Shown: piece after piece, positions 42,209 through 56,268 of the stretch | Layout: each line of letters opens with the position of its first letter | How positions within the stretch are numbered: position 1 is the first letter of the stretch | From: Octopus vulgaris | Lineage: Eukaryota | Reading direction: 5' to 3' | NCBI GenBank assembly: GCA_951406725.2 | Contig: OX597820.1 | Location: 27,218,001-27,282,000 of the forward strand | Length of the DNA stretch: 64,000 nucleotides | Position numbers and translations under genes: made by a program | Notes under the pieces: generated by a model | Seen by the model: the letters and a program-made list of their open reading frames with translations, nothing else | The model's database searches: none | Told to the model about the DNA's origin: nothing

Positions 42209-42336
42209 ATATACACACACACTCCATACGCACATATGTAGTTGAAATTTACTGAAAAACAAAAGACGAAGACAAACACACACGTACACACACACACGCA
42301 CACACGCACACACATATATATATACATGTATGTATG

Positions 42337-42370
<34 letters not shown>

Positions 42371-42482
42371 TGTATATGTGTGTATATATATATTTATTTA
42401 TATTGTATACACACACACCACACACACATATAGTTGAAATTTACAGAAAAAAGACGAAGACACACACACACACACATATATA

Positions 42483-42513
<31 letters not shown>

Positions 42514-42900
42514 TTGTTTGTGTATGTATATAATACACCCACACATCAAAATACTTCGCTTGAAGCGAACAACTGAATGTAATGGGTCATATATAGATCT
42601 TGGCTTTCTGTGATGTAGAAAAAAAAATGATATCAGTAAATTATCGGTGCTTCAAGCGCAACGGAACAGATAAGCTCTGAGCATATCATGAGTGCGCAGT
42701 TGGTTCTGATTATTGAAGGAGGTTAAATTGCTATTACGCCAGCTGGTAGGAGAGAACGTAAAAGGACGTACAAGATTTGTGTACTCAAAGAACTGACGAT
42801 AAAAACAAACATACTCACACTTATATACACGGACATGCACACTTGTGTGCATACACCCCCGCAAGACACACACATGCACACACACACACACACACACACC

Positions 42901-42934
<34 letters not shown>

Positions 42935-42954
42935 AAGACACTTATCTACACCCC

Positions 42955-43003
<49 letters not shown>

Positions 43004-43107
43004 GTGCATGTATACATCGATACTTTATCTATCTATCTATCTATCTATCTCTATGCATCTCTCTCTCTCTCTCTCTCTCTCTCCTTTACTCTTTTTTCTC
43101 TCTCTCT

Positions 43108-43458
43108 CCTTTACTCTTGTTTCAGTCATTTGACTGAGGCCATGCTGGAGCATCGCCTATAGTCGAGCAAATCGACCACAAGTCTTATTCTTTCTAAGCC
43201 TAGTACTTTATTCTAGCGATCTTTTGCTGAACCGCTAAGTTACGGGGACGTAAACACACCAGCATCGTTTGTCAAGCGATGTTGGGGGGACAAACACAGA
43301 CACACAAACAGTTTCCGTCTACCAAATCCACTCACAAATCTTTGGTCGACCCGAGGCTATAGTAGATGACACTTGCCCAAGGTGCCACGCAGTGGGACTG
43401 AACCCTGAGCCATGTGGTTGGTAAGCAAGCTACTAACCACACAGCCACTCCGGCGCCT
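43108..43458 (-). mobile_element. SINE A with interior deleted
   Basis: Family match. Confidence 0.87.
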
Positions 43459-43598
43459 ATATGTGTAATACATGTATATATGTATGCACATATTACACAC
43501 ACACACACATACACACACACACACACACACACGCACACACACAAACACACACATATAAGAAGTGTGTTAATAATTACGAATAAATCACAATTATGACG

Positions 43599-44295
43599 GA
43601 GAGGTTTGCAAAAACCCTTACATGGTTAGAAATAGCAATCAAAAGCCACCGTAAAGCCACTATAATCCCTCATACTTTATCTCCTCTCAATAAAGCTGTC
43701 TGCGAGCGATATGACATATAAAATCCACAATCAAAAAATAGAAGGTTAATTCTTTATTGCAATTTTGAGGTTAGGAACCTATACTATATTATATACCGTA
43801 TCATAAAATAACGGATATAAATCAATATAACGCCCCCATTCCTCAAATCAGGAGCATATTCTAATAGTTACACATTGGTACAAAATCATACCTCGAGTCA
43901 TACATGTATCCCGACGGCAAGAATAATGTGTCAACCTCTATTCACACAACAAAATACCGGATATGAGCGAGGAAATTAAATAATTAAAAAGGAATGTAAT
44001 AATAAATTACGAAGGATATATCATAATTATTAATTATTTATGAATATGGCCTGATGAGAGGAAAGGGACCGTTATATTGTTTTATACCCGTTATTCTACG
44101 ATACGGCATATAATATGATATAATAAGTTCCTAACCTTGAAATTGCAATGAAGAATTAACCTTTTATTTTTAAATTGTGGATTTTATATGTCATGTCGCT
44201 CGCTGACAGCTTCATTGTGAGGAGATATCATATGAGTGATTATAGTAGTTTTTGACTGCTATTTCTAAACATGTAAAGGTTTTTGCAACCCACTC
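43599..44295. repeat. Diverged foldback structure, ~265-bp arms, ~170-bp spacer
   Basis: 43599-43866 is an imperfect reverse complement of 44036-44295 (e.g. GACATATAAAATCCACAAT / ATTGTGGATTTTATATGTC). Confidence 0.85.
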
Positions 44296-44380
44296 TTTTG
44301 GATTCAATAAAATATAAGGACAGAATATGGTGGTTGCTTCGACGGAGTTATTTGTTTTGAACTTTTTACCGTCTGTTTAT

Positions 44381-44809
44381 TATTTCTTTAATTTCTTTAC
44401 TGCCCACAAGGGGCTAAACATAGAGGGGACAAACAAGGACTCACGAAGGGATTAAGTCGATTGCATCGACCCCAGTGCGTAACTGGTACTTAATTTATCG
44501 ACCCCGAAAGGATGAAAGGCAAAGTCGACATCGGCGGAATTTGAACTCAGAACGTAACAGCAGACGAAATACCTATTTCTTTACTATCCACAAGGGGCTA
44601 AACACAGAGAGGACAAACAAGGACAGACAAACGGATTAAGTCGGTTACATCGTCCCCAGTGCATAATAATTGGTACTTGATTTATCGACCCCGAAAAGAT
44701 GAAAGGCAAAGTCGACCTCGGCAGAATTTGAACTCAGAACGTAACGGCAGACGAAGTACCCCTAAGCACTTCGCCCAGCTTGCTAAAGATTCTGCCAGCT
44801 CGCCGCCTT
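44381..44809 (-). mobile_element. SINE B dimer (ii-ii) with a TCTGTTTAT duplication at the flanks
   Basis: Junction at 44573/44574. Confidence 0.9.
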
Positions 44810-45864
44810 CTGTTTATACTTAATTCGTCACCCGATTTAACTCCCACCATGTGATGTATTTGGGTTTCTTTAGCGAGGTTGCCTCTGTTACAACTATTGG
44901 ACTTCAAACCGCTCCGCGGTTTGAAGATAACATTCCCTCATTTTATTACTAAGCCATTGGGTCCTTAGAAATAAAGGGTCATTGGTGCTGCCTATCTTTG
45001 TTAAAATATTAAAATAAAAATTGAAAAAAAAATATACAAAAATATATTTCAAAAATTTAATTTGTTGCTGGCAGCAAAAGCCCATATAATCGTCACGTGA
45101 TTCGTTAGTGTGCCACACTTGAGCGAAGAAAATGCAAATAAGGTTTCAATTATTTTTTTTCTAAATAGGGTACTGGAATAATTAAGAGATAGTTGAGATA
45201 ATTTGCCAGGGATGAAGCAACAAAAAGATCAATGAATTGAACATCAATGTGAGAGAATAACAATTCAAAATCAACAGCAACGACGACAACAACAAGAACA
45301 ATAATCGTAATTTATAACAAGAGAAATAAGATCAACAATGACACCCAACAGCATCATCATCATCATCATCATCATCAGAAGCAGCAGCAGCAGCAGAGGC
45401 AATAACAACATCAATAGCGCCACAATATAAAAAAAAAAAATCAATTAAGATGGTAAAATAGACTGGAAGAATAGCAACAATTGAGGAAACGGAAGGAAGA
45501 ACAACAAAAGCCTTCGGAAACGACAACTACGGCAACATCATTAAAAGCAACATGACAATAACAACAACAACAACAACAACAATAATAGAAATGTCGATAC
45601 GAAAAAAAAAAACAAACAATAAAAAAACACAAAAATATAAAAATACAGCAACAATGATAAAAATGATGACAACGGCTGCGACAGCAAAAAAAAACAAATA
45701 CAAAAACAAAAAAAAGATGACAACATCGACAACAAATTATAGAAAATAATAGCAGCATCACCACCGCCGCCGCCGCCCTCACTGTCATCATTATCGCCGC
45801 CGCTGCCGCCACCATTTAATGGCAACAGCCGTCAAAACAAAAGGTAAACCAAAACAATAACACA

Positions 45865-46040
45865 GTGGAGGCACCATGGCCCAGTGGTTAGGGCAGCGGA
45901 CTCGCGGTCGTAAGAGCGCGGTTTCGATTCCCAGACCGGGCAATGTGAGTGTTTATTTCGCTAAGCTCCACGAGGTTCATGCGGGGAGGGGTGGTGAACT
46001 CTTTCACCACAACTTTCTCTCACACTTTCTTCCTACTTCT
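45865..46040 (+). mobile_element. tRNA-derived SINE, family C
   Basis: TGGCCCAGTGG A box, GGTTTCGATTCCC B box; homologous to 15238-15435. Confidence 0.78.
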
Positions 46041-46324
46041 GCCACAAAGCAGAAGGATCATGGTGTAACACACGATGGTGTAGTAAACTTTCAAACCCTA
46101 GTCTAGGTTGCGAATCCTCTGTACCCCAGGATGGTTCAGCTCTCCACCCGGAATGAGGATTGCAACGTAGCTTTCGCGCCCGTGCAACCGCCAGTCTATC
46201 GCGGGTTGGTGGGTGGATTTTCAAGTTGCCACACGCATTCTTATTAGGCTGGAATTAGAGATTATTCTTTGTGGCTAATGGCGTGAGTCCTGATTGGAAG
46301 AAGAATGTAGAATTGATAAGAATA

Positions 46325-46832
46325 ATGCTTTTTACTATAGACACAAGTTCTAAAATTTGTTTTAGTCGATTACATCGAACACCAGTACTCAACTGGTACA
46401 TAATTTATCGATCCGCTAGAAGGAAAGGCAAAGTTAACCTCGGTGGAATTTGAACTCAGAGTGTAGGGAAGGGTGAAATACTGCTAAGTATTTCGCCCGG
46501 TGCGCTAACGATTCTGCCAACTTATCGCCGTGGATAACGATAATAATGAACCCAAAATACAAGTATATGAAAAAAATGAATTTCTTATACGTGACATAAC
46601 AGCAATAACAAGAATGATAAACCTTTCTTCTATAGACACAAGGGCCGAAATTTGGGAAGAAGGGACTAGTAGATTACATCGAACGCAATAAATGACTGGG
46701 ACGTATTTTATCGACCCGGAAAGAATAAGTGACAAAGTCAACCAAGGCGGAATTTGAACTCAGAACGTAAAGACTAACGAAAAGCCGCTTAGCATTTTAT
46801 TCGTCTTTGTGCTAATGATTCTACCAGCTCCT
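46325..46832 (-). mobile_element. Two old SINE B (tail i) monomers
   Basis: 46325-46530 and 46620-46832; heads uninterrupted (empty site GAAATACTGCTAAG). Confidence 0.75.
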
Positions 46833-46834
46833 CC

Positions 46835-46835
<1 letters not shown>

Positions 46836-46865
<30 letters not shown>

Positions 46866-47159
46866 TGTATGTATGTATGTATGTATGTATGTATGTATGT
46901 ATGTATGTATGTATGTATGTATGTATGTATGTATGTATGTATGTATGTATGTATGTATGTTTGTATGTATGTATGTATGTATATGTGTGTGTGTATGTGT
47001 GTGTATGTATGTATGCATGTATGTATGCATACATGTATGCATGCATGCATATATGTATATGCCATGTATATATATATATATATATATATGTATATAATAT
47101 ATACATACACATATACATATATATATGTGTGTGTATCTATAGATATATATATATGTATA

Positions 47160-47202
<43 letters not shown>

Positions 47203-47440
47203 GGCATATACATACATACATATATATATATATATGGCATATACATATATACACATATTCATATATACATACATGCATAAATAAATACATACATACATGC
47301 AGATATACCTACATTCATGCATACATGAATACATACATGCATACATATGTATATATGTATAAATACATATGTGTGCATATAAATATATACGCACACACAC
47401 ACAGATATACATACGTATGTGTGTGTGTGTGTGTGCATAT
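46836..47440. repeat. (TATG)n and mixed TA/CA microsatellites
   Basis: Direct inspection. Confidence 0.95.
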
Positions 47441-47897
47441 AAGTAGGTGATGCTCCAGCGTGTCCACAGTCAAATGACTGAGACAGGCAAGAGAATAAAA
47501 GAATGAAAGATTATATGTGCACACGCCCAAAATAGAAATCAAACGGCAAAAGCGGGGGCTGAAGATTCAACAACAAGCTTCATCATAATCCTGATGATGA
47601 TCATCATTATCATAATCACGATCCTCCTCCTCATCATCATCATCATCACGATCCTCCTCCTCCTCCTCCTCCTCCTCCTCATCATCATCACGATCCTCCT
47701 CCTCCTCATCATCATCATCACGACATCATCATCATCATCATCATCATCATTATCATCATCATCATCCTCGTCGTCGTTGTCGTTGTCGTCATCATCATCA
47801 TCATCAATAACACCAATAATAGCATCAGTTGAACCACCACCACAAACAGCAACAGCAACAGCAGCAGACCCCACCCCGCCCAACTATCATTATCACA

Positions 47898-47976
<79 letters not shown>

Positions 47977-48384
47977 CGCTTATAAAGAAGGAAATGAGGT
48001 AGTGTTAATTAGCAAGATGACATCTGAAGAATGTCTCATCACTCCATGTTGTTTTAGTAGTAGTAGTTGTTGTAAATGTGGTACGTGTATGCGCGCGCGC
48101 GTATGTGTGTGTGTGAGTGTGCATGCACGTGTATGTGTGTGTGTGTGTGTATGTATGCATGTGTCTGCGAATGGTTGCCAATGTGTGGCTATTGATGTCA
48201 TTGAAAATTTCTGAAATTGTTGGTGTTTTGTGATGCGGGTTGTTTATGATTGATTACATTCAGTGAGAAAATGTGGCGAGGATGCAGGTAGGTAAAGACA
48301 GAAAAAAAAAACCCAACAAAAACAGATGAATAAACGAAAGGAAAAGAACAAATAATTAGAAGAAATCAGAATAATTCCTTTTAT

Positions 48385-48408
48385 CAAATAATAATAGTAG
48401 TAGTAGTA

Positions 48409-48481
<73 letters not shown>

Positions 48482-48739
48482 TGATGATGATGATGATAAT
48501 AATAATAATAATAATAATAATGATAACAATAATAATAATGATAATAATAATTATAATAATAATAATAATAATGATAATAATGATAATAATAATAATGATA
48601 AAAATAATGATAATAATAATAATAATAATGATAAATATAATGATAATAATAATAATGGTATTAATAATAATAATAACAAATAATAATAATGATAATAATA
48701 ATAATGATAATAATAATAATGATAATAATGATAATAATA

Positions 48740-48826
<87 letters not shown>

Positions 48827-48853
48827 GTAATAATAATGATAATAATAATAATA
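48385..48853. repeat. Long (TAA)n/(TGA)n tract
   Basis: Direct inspection. Confidence 0.97.
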
Positions 48854-49333
48854 CCGATGCAGTACCAGGCAGTGGCTCTCGTGGCTTCTGATCTTAACTG
48901 ATTGGAAGTGTTATCATGTATATTGTTTTGTCTTGGTATAAAAGATGGGCTACAGCAAATATTCTGCTGAATACCACAGATTTGCTTGTCAGTTGTTTGA
49001 CCTTAACCAGTTGAGCATGTTCCTCAGTGACTGACGATATGTGCATCGCTGATCTCGAGCAAATGTAATGGGGGAGCATCATAGCCGTGTGTTGAAAGGA
49101 ATTCTTAGAGGTTTGCACAATTCACCTTTGGAAACATGGGTGGTTCGTTGAATATCCTTAAAGAATCCTTATTCAGAGGCTTTTTGAGCGGGATGGGCTA
49201 CTCGACCAGAAGAAAATTCTAAATGGGCCCCACCTGCAAGGTCATGCGTTGTTTATCTTGATATGAAATCACCATGTCGCGCACATATGATTGTGATGAA
49301 TGTACCTGGTGTACCCTTATCAGACGGGTAGTC
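48854..49333 (+). mobile_element. TAA-associated non-autonomous element lacking its last ~70 bp
   Basis: Matches 9365-9845; joined directly to the R4-like fragment. Confidence 0.8.
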
Positions 49334-50021
49334 TGATAGAGTCTTAGAGCAAGCACCAAGACCAAACTATGTAAAATACAGAATAAACAATTACCAGAAT
49401 AAACAATTACCAACATATTACCAGCCAATGTACGCCACTAGCTCAGAATGAATATAAGAGACGCCACGACAATATAGCCAGGCTTGTTCATTGGACTCTT
49501 TGCAAAAAGTATGGACTTGACAGAGGAAAAACTTGGTACGACCACAAACCTGAAGGCATCGTCGAAAATAGAAATGCAAAGATCCTATGGAATCGTATGA
49601 TTCAGTGCGACCATGAGATAGAGAATAGGAAACCGGGCATAGTCTTAATTGAGAAAGAAAGCAAACGATGCTGGATCATAGACATAGCATGACTAGCTAA
49701 CAACAAGCTATGCAATAAGGAAGAAAGAAAAGTCGAGAGATATGACAGGTTAGCTTGGGAAGTTAAGCAGTTGTGGTCGATGAAAAAGGTAGCAGTAGTA
49801 CCAGAAATTGTCGGAGCCCTGGAAACAGTGAGCAAAACCTCGAGAAGTAGGTGGAACAAGTAGGGGCTGCAATAAGGGTACAGCACTTGCAGAAAACAGC
49901 ACTGCTTGGAACCGGTCGAATGCTCCGAAAGGTGCCCGAAAAATAAGAGTTGTTACCTTAGTTCACTGGTAGTTAACAGCTGACACTAGCACATCTCCAG
50001 CGTTAGAAGCAATGCAAATGC
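49334..50021 (+). mobile_element. R4/Dong-clade non-LTR retrotransposon 3' end (zinc knuckle remnant, RLE, 3'UTR)
   Basis: HITSQCTPLAQNEYKRRHDNIARLVHWTLCKKYG..WYDHKPE..KILWN..RKPGIV..IIDIA*..LQKTALLGT; ends on (TAA)n. Confidence 0.85.
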
Positions 50022-50219
50022 AATAATAATAATAATACTAATACTAATATTGATAATAACAACAACATCAATGACGACAACGACGACGATGATAACAACA
50101 ACAACAACAACAACAACAATAATAATGATAATGGTGTTGATATTCGTGGATGAATGTTGTCTGAATTTATATTCTTGTTGGATTCCACGTTGGGCAGTAA
50201 AATGTAAGCATCATCTTCG

Positions 50220-50277
<58 letters not shown>

Positions 50278-51731
50278 GTTGAGTTTGCTAGTTCAGGTGT
50301 CTAAGAGATATAACTACTTCACTGCGTGTATCTCAGCCCTACCAAATGTGTCCATACTAACATAAAGTTCGCCAGCACTGTTAATTCCATTGGCATGCAT
50401 GAATGTTTTATGCCACTATCTATTATAATGTTATATTGCTCAGCAGATGTTAAGTCGCTGTTGGACATGTGGACGGTGGCGAAGGAATAATATTCAACAA
50501 TGTTGATATCAGTAAATCTGTAATGAGGTGTTGTAGCTACGTCTCAGGTATTATTTCTTTGCCTGGAGTATGTAGCTTCCTGCTTTTGACATATATATTA
50601 CTTTAGATGCGTTTACTAATTCCTCTGGTTTTAGCCTACGTTTAATTAATTAATTTACATTGTAGAGTGAAATTGAATTTATCCTGTATTTGTATAGGGA
50701 TATAAAAGAAATCGAAAAATAAATACAGAGTAAAATCTATTGAATATACATATTAACAATAGAGAACTTTGGGAAAAACTATTGTAAAAGCAAGAGAAGT
50801 TCATCTGCTAGACATTTGAAATAGGCCATCAGAAAATTCTGGTTAATAACGAAACTATGATCAATGCAATGTTTACTCTGACAAAAGATATTTTCAATTT
50901 ATTTGGAGTTGAATATGTATGTTGAGATGGTGTCCAAAGCTTCGGTGTTAGGGGATTTGAAAATATCTCAAATATTTTGATTTATGACAACAAACAGATA
51001 TTAGTTATACAGAAGTGTTTAAGATAGAATGCTTAAAGAACAAATCTTCATCATTTCAGACAGGCAGCGATAATAATCACTGTAACCGGTTTATGAAGTT
51101 TTTATTTTCACCAGTATCTTCTAAGTATTGTTTTTGTAATGTCTGATGTTTATTCTTAAAATCTGTAGCAAACCTGTTGAAAACGATCTTTCAGGTGTTC
51201 CGAAAGAGTATTGATGTTGAATCATCATCTGAATGCCATTAAAAAAATTCTTTTTAGAAAACGAGCTCATAGAATAAAATATTTCTAGACACATCTAGAA
51301 CTACTCTACGCTGTTATTCAAGACGGCAGGATGTGATATGAAGAAGTTTGCTTGGAAATGCTTCACAAATTAAGACAAATTTTTATACCTAAAAGATCAA
51401 TCAGAACACGAAGATAAATATTTTGCGAATGTTTAATAAATAACATAAACTTCCTTTAATTGATTAGACATTGGATATCAAACTGCCTCAGACAAAATAA
51501 TCGGTTAATCCATTTATCTTTGCAGCAGGTTAATATTTGTTATATTCATCGATTTCCTTCTTATCTTTCTATCATCTAGCCACGCTTTCGATTTAATTAT
51601 AGGCTGTGATCCGCTAAAAATTGGGCGCCTAATTCTTAGCAGAATTTGCTTTCTCAGATGCAAAGATCCTCTGGTTTCTTTGAGATTCGTTGGAATACAT
51701 TCGTTTCTGCTTCCAGTTTATGGATATTCTT

Positions 51732-52100
51732 TTCTTCTTTTATTTGTTTCAGTCATTTGACTGCGGCCATGCTGGAGCACCGTCTTTAGTCGAGCAAATC
51801 GACCCCAGGACTTATTCTTTGTAAGCCTAGTACTTATTCTGTCGGTCTCTTTTGCCGAACCGCTAAGTTACGGGAACGTAAGCACACCAGCATCGGGGGG
51901 AACAAACACAGACACAAACACACATATATATACATATACACGACAGGCTTCTTTCAGTTTCCTTCTACCAAATCCACTCACAAGGCTTTGGTCGGCCTGA
52001 GGCTATAGTAGAAGACACTTGCCCAAGGTGCCACGCAGTGGGACTGAACCCGGAACCACGTGGCTGGTAAGCAAGCTACTTACCACAGAACCACTCCCGC
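51732..52100 (-). mobile_element. SINE A
   Basis: Family match. Confidence 0.88.
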
Positions 52101-52125
52101 GATTTGAAACAAAAATTAATAATAC

Positions 52126-52350
52126 TTATTTCTTTACTACCCACAAGGGGCTAAACACAGAGGGGACAAACAAGGACAGACAAACGGATTACATCAACCC
52201 CAGTGCGTAACTGGTACTTATTTAAGCGACCCCGAAAGGATGAAAGGTAAAGTCGACCTCGGCGGAATTTGAACTCAGAACGTAGCGGCAGACGAAATGC
52301 CGCTAAGCATTTCGCCCGACGTGCTAACGATTCTACCAGCACGCCGCCTT
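52126..52350 (-). mobile_element. SINE B monomer (tail ii) with ~22-bp TSD
   Basis: TTTGAAACAAAA(A)TTAATAATAC at 52103-52125 and 52351-52372. Confidence 0.9.
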
Positions 52351-52689
52351 TTTGAAACAAAATTAATAATACCACCAGTGAAATCTGTGATGTGAAGCGG
52401 TTCACTGAACTTTCAGGATTAATTGTTAATTTTGGCTGTCGAGAACAAAGTAAAGGTGTGATGCAGCAGAAAAATGTAATTTAGCAGAGCAATGATGTAA
52501 TGTTATGCCCAGTGGAAGTAAAAAAAAGATGAGAATATGTTGCTTCTGTTACTACTTCTAATTCTAGTGGATATTTTGCTGAACTTGTGAGTTATTTGGA
52601 CGTAAACAAACCAATATCGGTATGTCAAACAGTGAGTCAAAGGAAAAGACCTACACGCCCATACACTTTGTGTAATTATCTGTCAATTC

Positions 52690-52753
<64 letters not shown>

Positions 52754-52763
52754 CCTGTCTGCC

Positions 52764-52796
<33 letters not shown>

Positions 52797-53259
52797 TTAT
52801 GTCTTTCTGTCTGTCTTTCTGTCTGCCTGTATGTATGTATGTCTACCTGTCTGACTGTCCGTCTGCCAATCTGTCTGCATATTTATCTAGATGCCTGTCT
52901 GTCCATTAATCTGTCTATTGGTAACTCCAACGAGTTTCCATCTACCAAATTTATTTGCGGAGCATTGGTTGATCCGGGGCTATAATTGCAGACAGTTGCT
53001 CAAAGTTTCGCGTACTTCTACGAGACCCCAAAATCACATGATTGCAAAGTAACACTTCTTCACTCTGTACGTATGTCTGATGCGTTTCCCGTCTATAAAT
53101 TTTTGAACATGCATTATACATTTGCATCGAGAGCCCAGTGTGAACTATTATATAATTTTCAAAACGTGTGGAGGGATTAAATTAACTTTTTCGCAAGGGT
53201 CTTCCAATTACAATTGGAAGAGCCCCCTAACTAATAGATTGATGCCTGCTTCATTGCTT

Positions 53260-53760
53260 AACGGTATTTTAGCACGATTTCAAAAGAATAATTATAATAC
53301 AACCCTTCTGAGTATCGTGCATGATATTGATAATGTGTTTCCCCGCTCTCCCGCAATAAAGTAATGAATGAACATACTGCTTCATTGATCTCAATGAAAT
53401 GGTGTACTCAAACAGTAAAACTCTGAAAGGGGAACGATTCAAAGATTTTCATGATTATCAGAAAGAAATTAAATTGTTCCAAGATTCCTTTAATGTTATT
53501 TCCAGGAAAACCTCCTGGAAAGTATCAACTGGAAATAATTGATCTTCAGGTCAACGATATGCTGATAACTAATGTTTAAAGAGAATGGGCTTTTGAAACT
53601 TTATGCCTCTATGCTTGAAGAATTTATGTTTAAAAATGTTTGCTGCTGATATATTTTCAATTTTCGGTGATACATCTGTGAGGAAACATCTTCATACATG
53701 AAATTAAGAGAATCAATGCTTTGATAAAAGCTTTACAGATGGGTATCTACAAATTTTATC
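53260..53760 (+). pseudogene. Decayed hAT (SPIN/GTF2IRD2-like) transposase C-terminus
   Basis: PGKYQLEIIDLQVNDML..FKENGLLKLYASM..IFSIFGD..ICEETSSYMK..LTDGYL resembles the hAT dimerisation region; may extend upstream to ~50700. Confidence 0.6.
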
Positions 53761-53864
53761 CCTTTTGATATTAACTCGCCTGGTACCCCAGGGTTCAATG
53801 ATCTAAACTTTCTCTTTTAAAGTAATCTAAATTAAAAGTTTATGTTCTAATCATCAGTTTAATA

Positions 53865-54268
53865 ATCCTTTCTACTATAGGTAAAAGACCTGAAATTTAG
53901 GGGAGCGGGATAGTCATCCAATTACATTGACCCCAGTACTCGACTGGTACTTATTTTACCAACCACGAAACGATGAAAGGCAAAGTCGACATCGGCGGAA
54001 TTTGAACTCAGAACATAACGGCAGACGAAATACCTATTTCTTTACTGCCCACAAGGGGCTAAACACAGAGAGGACAAACAATGACAGACAAACGGATTAA
54101 GTCGATTATATCGACCCCAGTGCGTAACTGGTACTTAATTTATCGACCCCGAAAGGATGAAAGGCAAAGTCGATCTCGGCAGAATTTGAACTCAGAACGT
54201 AACGGCAGACGAAATACTGCTTAGCATTTCGCCCGGCTCGCTAACGATTCTGCCAGCTCGCCGCCTTA
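53865..54268 (-). mobile_element. SINE B dimer (ii-i)
   Basis: Junction at 54034/54035. Confidence 0.88.
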
Positions 54269-54920
54269 ATCATCATAATGACAAAACTATTTCGGTAGGT
54301 TGTTTTCCCCGCTTATTTTACAAATTAATTGAAAAGGTTACTGCATGGCCGCAGTCTGATGGCTGAAATAAGTACAAGATAAATATTTCAACAGAAATAC
54401 GGCAAACTAAAAGCTTGCACATCACCGAGTTTGTAAAAGTTCAGTCTCACGCATCTCATTAAAATTTCTATCATATTTCTTTTCTGCAACAACGTGGACT
54501 GTTTATTCTAGTTCGTAAATTGTCTCAGCAAATTCATCCCCTATCTTTCAATCGATAACAGAACGTGCACAATTTACGTGTTGTGGAGCTTATGGTTGGA
54601 ATTGTATTAAGATCGTTTTGATTTATTTGGAGTATTCTAAATTAGCCAGAATCGGCTACCACCAAATTTGCATCATCATATTGACCGTTTTATATGAAAA
54701 GTTGGGTACGTGGGGCTAAATGCAGAGTCAAAAGATAGACGATCACAGTGAGTGTAGTAGAGTAGTAGGTGTGAAGAGGTATATACGAAAGAGAGGGAGT
54801 GGGTGAGGGAGAGAGAGAGAGAGGAGAGAGAGGGTGAGGGAAAGCGGGGAGAGAGAGAGGTGGGGATTACTGTCGGTAGCAGTGTGAGTAACGTGTTACT
54901 TAAGGACAGAGGGGATTAGA

Positions 54921-55333
54921 GGACGGCGAGCTGGTAGAAATGTTAGCACGCCGGGCGAATTCGTGGCCGTATTTCGTCCGTCGTTACGTTCTGAGTTCAA
55001 ATTCCGCCGAGGTCGACTTTGCCTTTCATCCTTTCGGGATCGATAAATTAAGTATCAGTTACGCACTGTGGTCGATGTAATCGACTTAATACCTATGTCT
55101 GTCCTTGTTTGTCCCCTCTATGTTTAGCCCGTTGTGGGTACTAAAGAAATAGGTATTTCGTCTGCCGTTACGTTCTGAGTTCAAATTCCGCTGAGGTCGA
55201 CTTTGCCTTTCATCCTTTCGGGGTCGATAAATTAAATACCAGTTATGGACTGGCGTCGATGTAATCGACTTAATCCCTTTTCTGTCTTTGTTTGTTCCCT
55301 CTATGTTTAGTCCCTTGTGGGCAATAAAGAAAT
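54921..55333 (+). mobile_element. SINE B dimer (ii-ii)
   Basis: Junction at 55151/55152. Confidence 0.88.
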
Positions 55334-55669
55334 AAGGAGAGATGAGATTAGTGACAGAGGTGATGGATGAAGGTTTAGCAGTGTAGAGTGAGTCAACCGA
55401 TCAGTCCAAGTTTGAACTTTGATGCGTTATATGTATGTGTGAGAGTGTAATATATATGTACACACAAGCCCCGCCCCCGCCACACATACAGAGGCGTGTA
55501 TTATTAGCAATGGGAACATTATTACTTCAAGATATTAATAATTCGGTATATCATGCATAAAACATATATACAGTTGAAAGCCAGGAACTGCGGTATTCGT
55601 CTCGACAAAACATAACGTATTGAGGTATAGTGTTAAAAACGCAGAAATATATCAGTAAGAAATATATCA

Positions 55670-56086
55670 AGGTGGTAAGCTGGCAGAAACTTTAGCACGC
55701 CGGGCGAAATGCTTAGCGGTATTTCGTCTGCCGCGACGTTCTGAGTTCAAATTCCGCCGAGGTCGACTTTGCCTTTGATCCTTTCGGGGTCGATAAATTA
55801 AGTGCTAGTTACTCACTGGGATCGATATAATCGACTTAATCCGTTTGTCTGTCCTTGCTTGTCCTCTCTGTGTTTAACTCGTTGTGGGTACTAAAGAAAT
55901 AGGTATTTCGTCTGCCGCTACGTTCTGAGTTCAAATTCCGCCGAGGTCGACTTTGCCTTTCATCCTTTCGAGGTCGATTACATAAGTTCCAGTTACGCAC
56001 TGGGGTCGATGCAATCGACTTAATCCGTTTGTCTGCCCTTGTTTGTCCCCTCTATGTTTAGCCCCTTGTGGGCAATAAAGAAATTA
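55670..56086 (+). mobile_element. SINE B dimer (ii-ii)
   Basis: Junction at 55901/55902; followed by the same flank as the previous dimer. Confidence 0.88.
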
Positions 56087-56216
56087 GGAGAGATGAGATT
56101 AGTGACAGAAGTGATGGATGAAGGTTTAACGGTGTAGAGTACTTTAACCAATCAGTCCAAGTTTGAACTTTGATGCGTTATATGTATGTATGAGAGTGTA
56201 ATATATATGTACACAC

Positions 56217-56268
<52 letters not shown>

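Noticed and set aside
44045-44075. CTGATGA-GAG-GAAA as a hammerhead ribozyme
   Set aside because: No room for helix II and no flanking helices. It is part of the foldback arm.
45865-45940. Functional tRNA gene
   Set aside because: A and B boxes are present, but there is no good acceptor stem and the sequence continues into a body shared with 15238-15435, so it is a SINE head.
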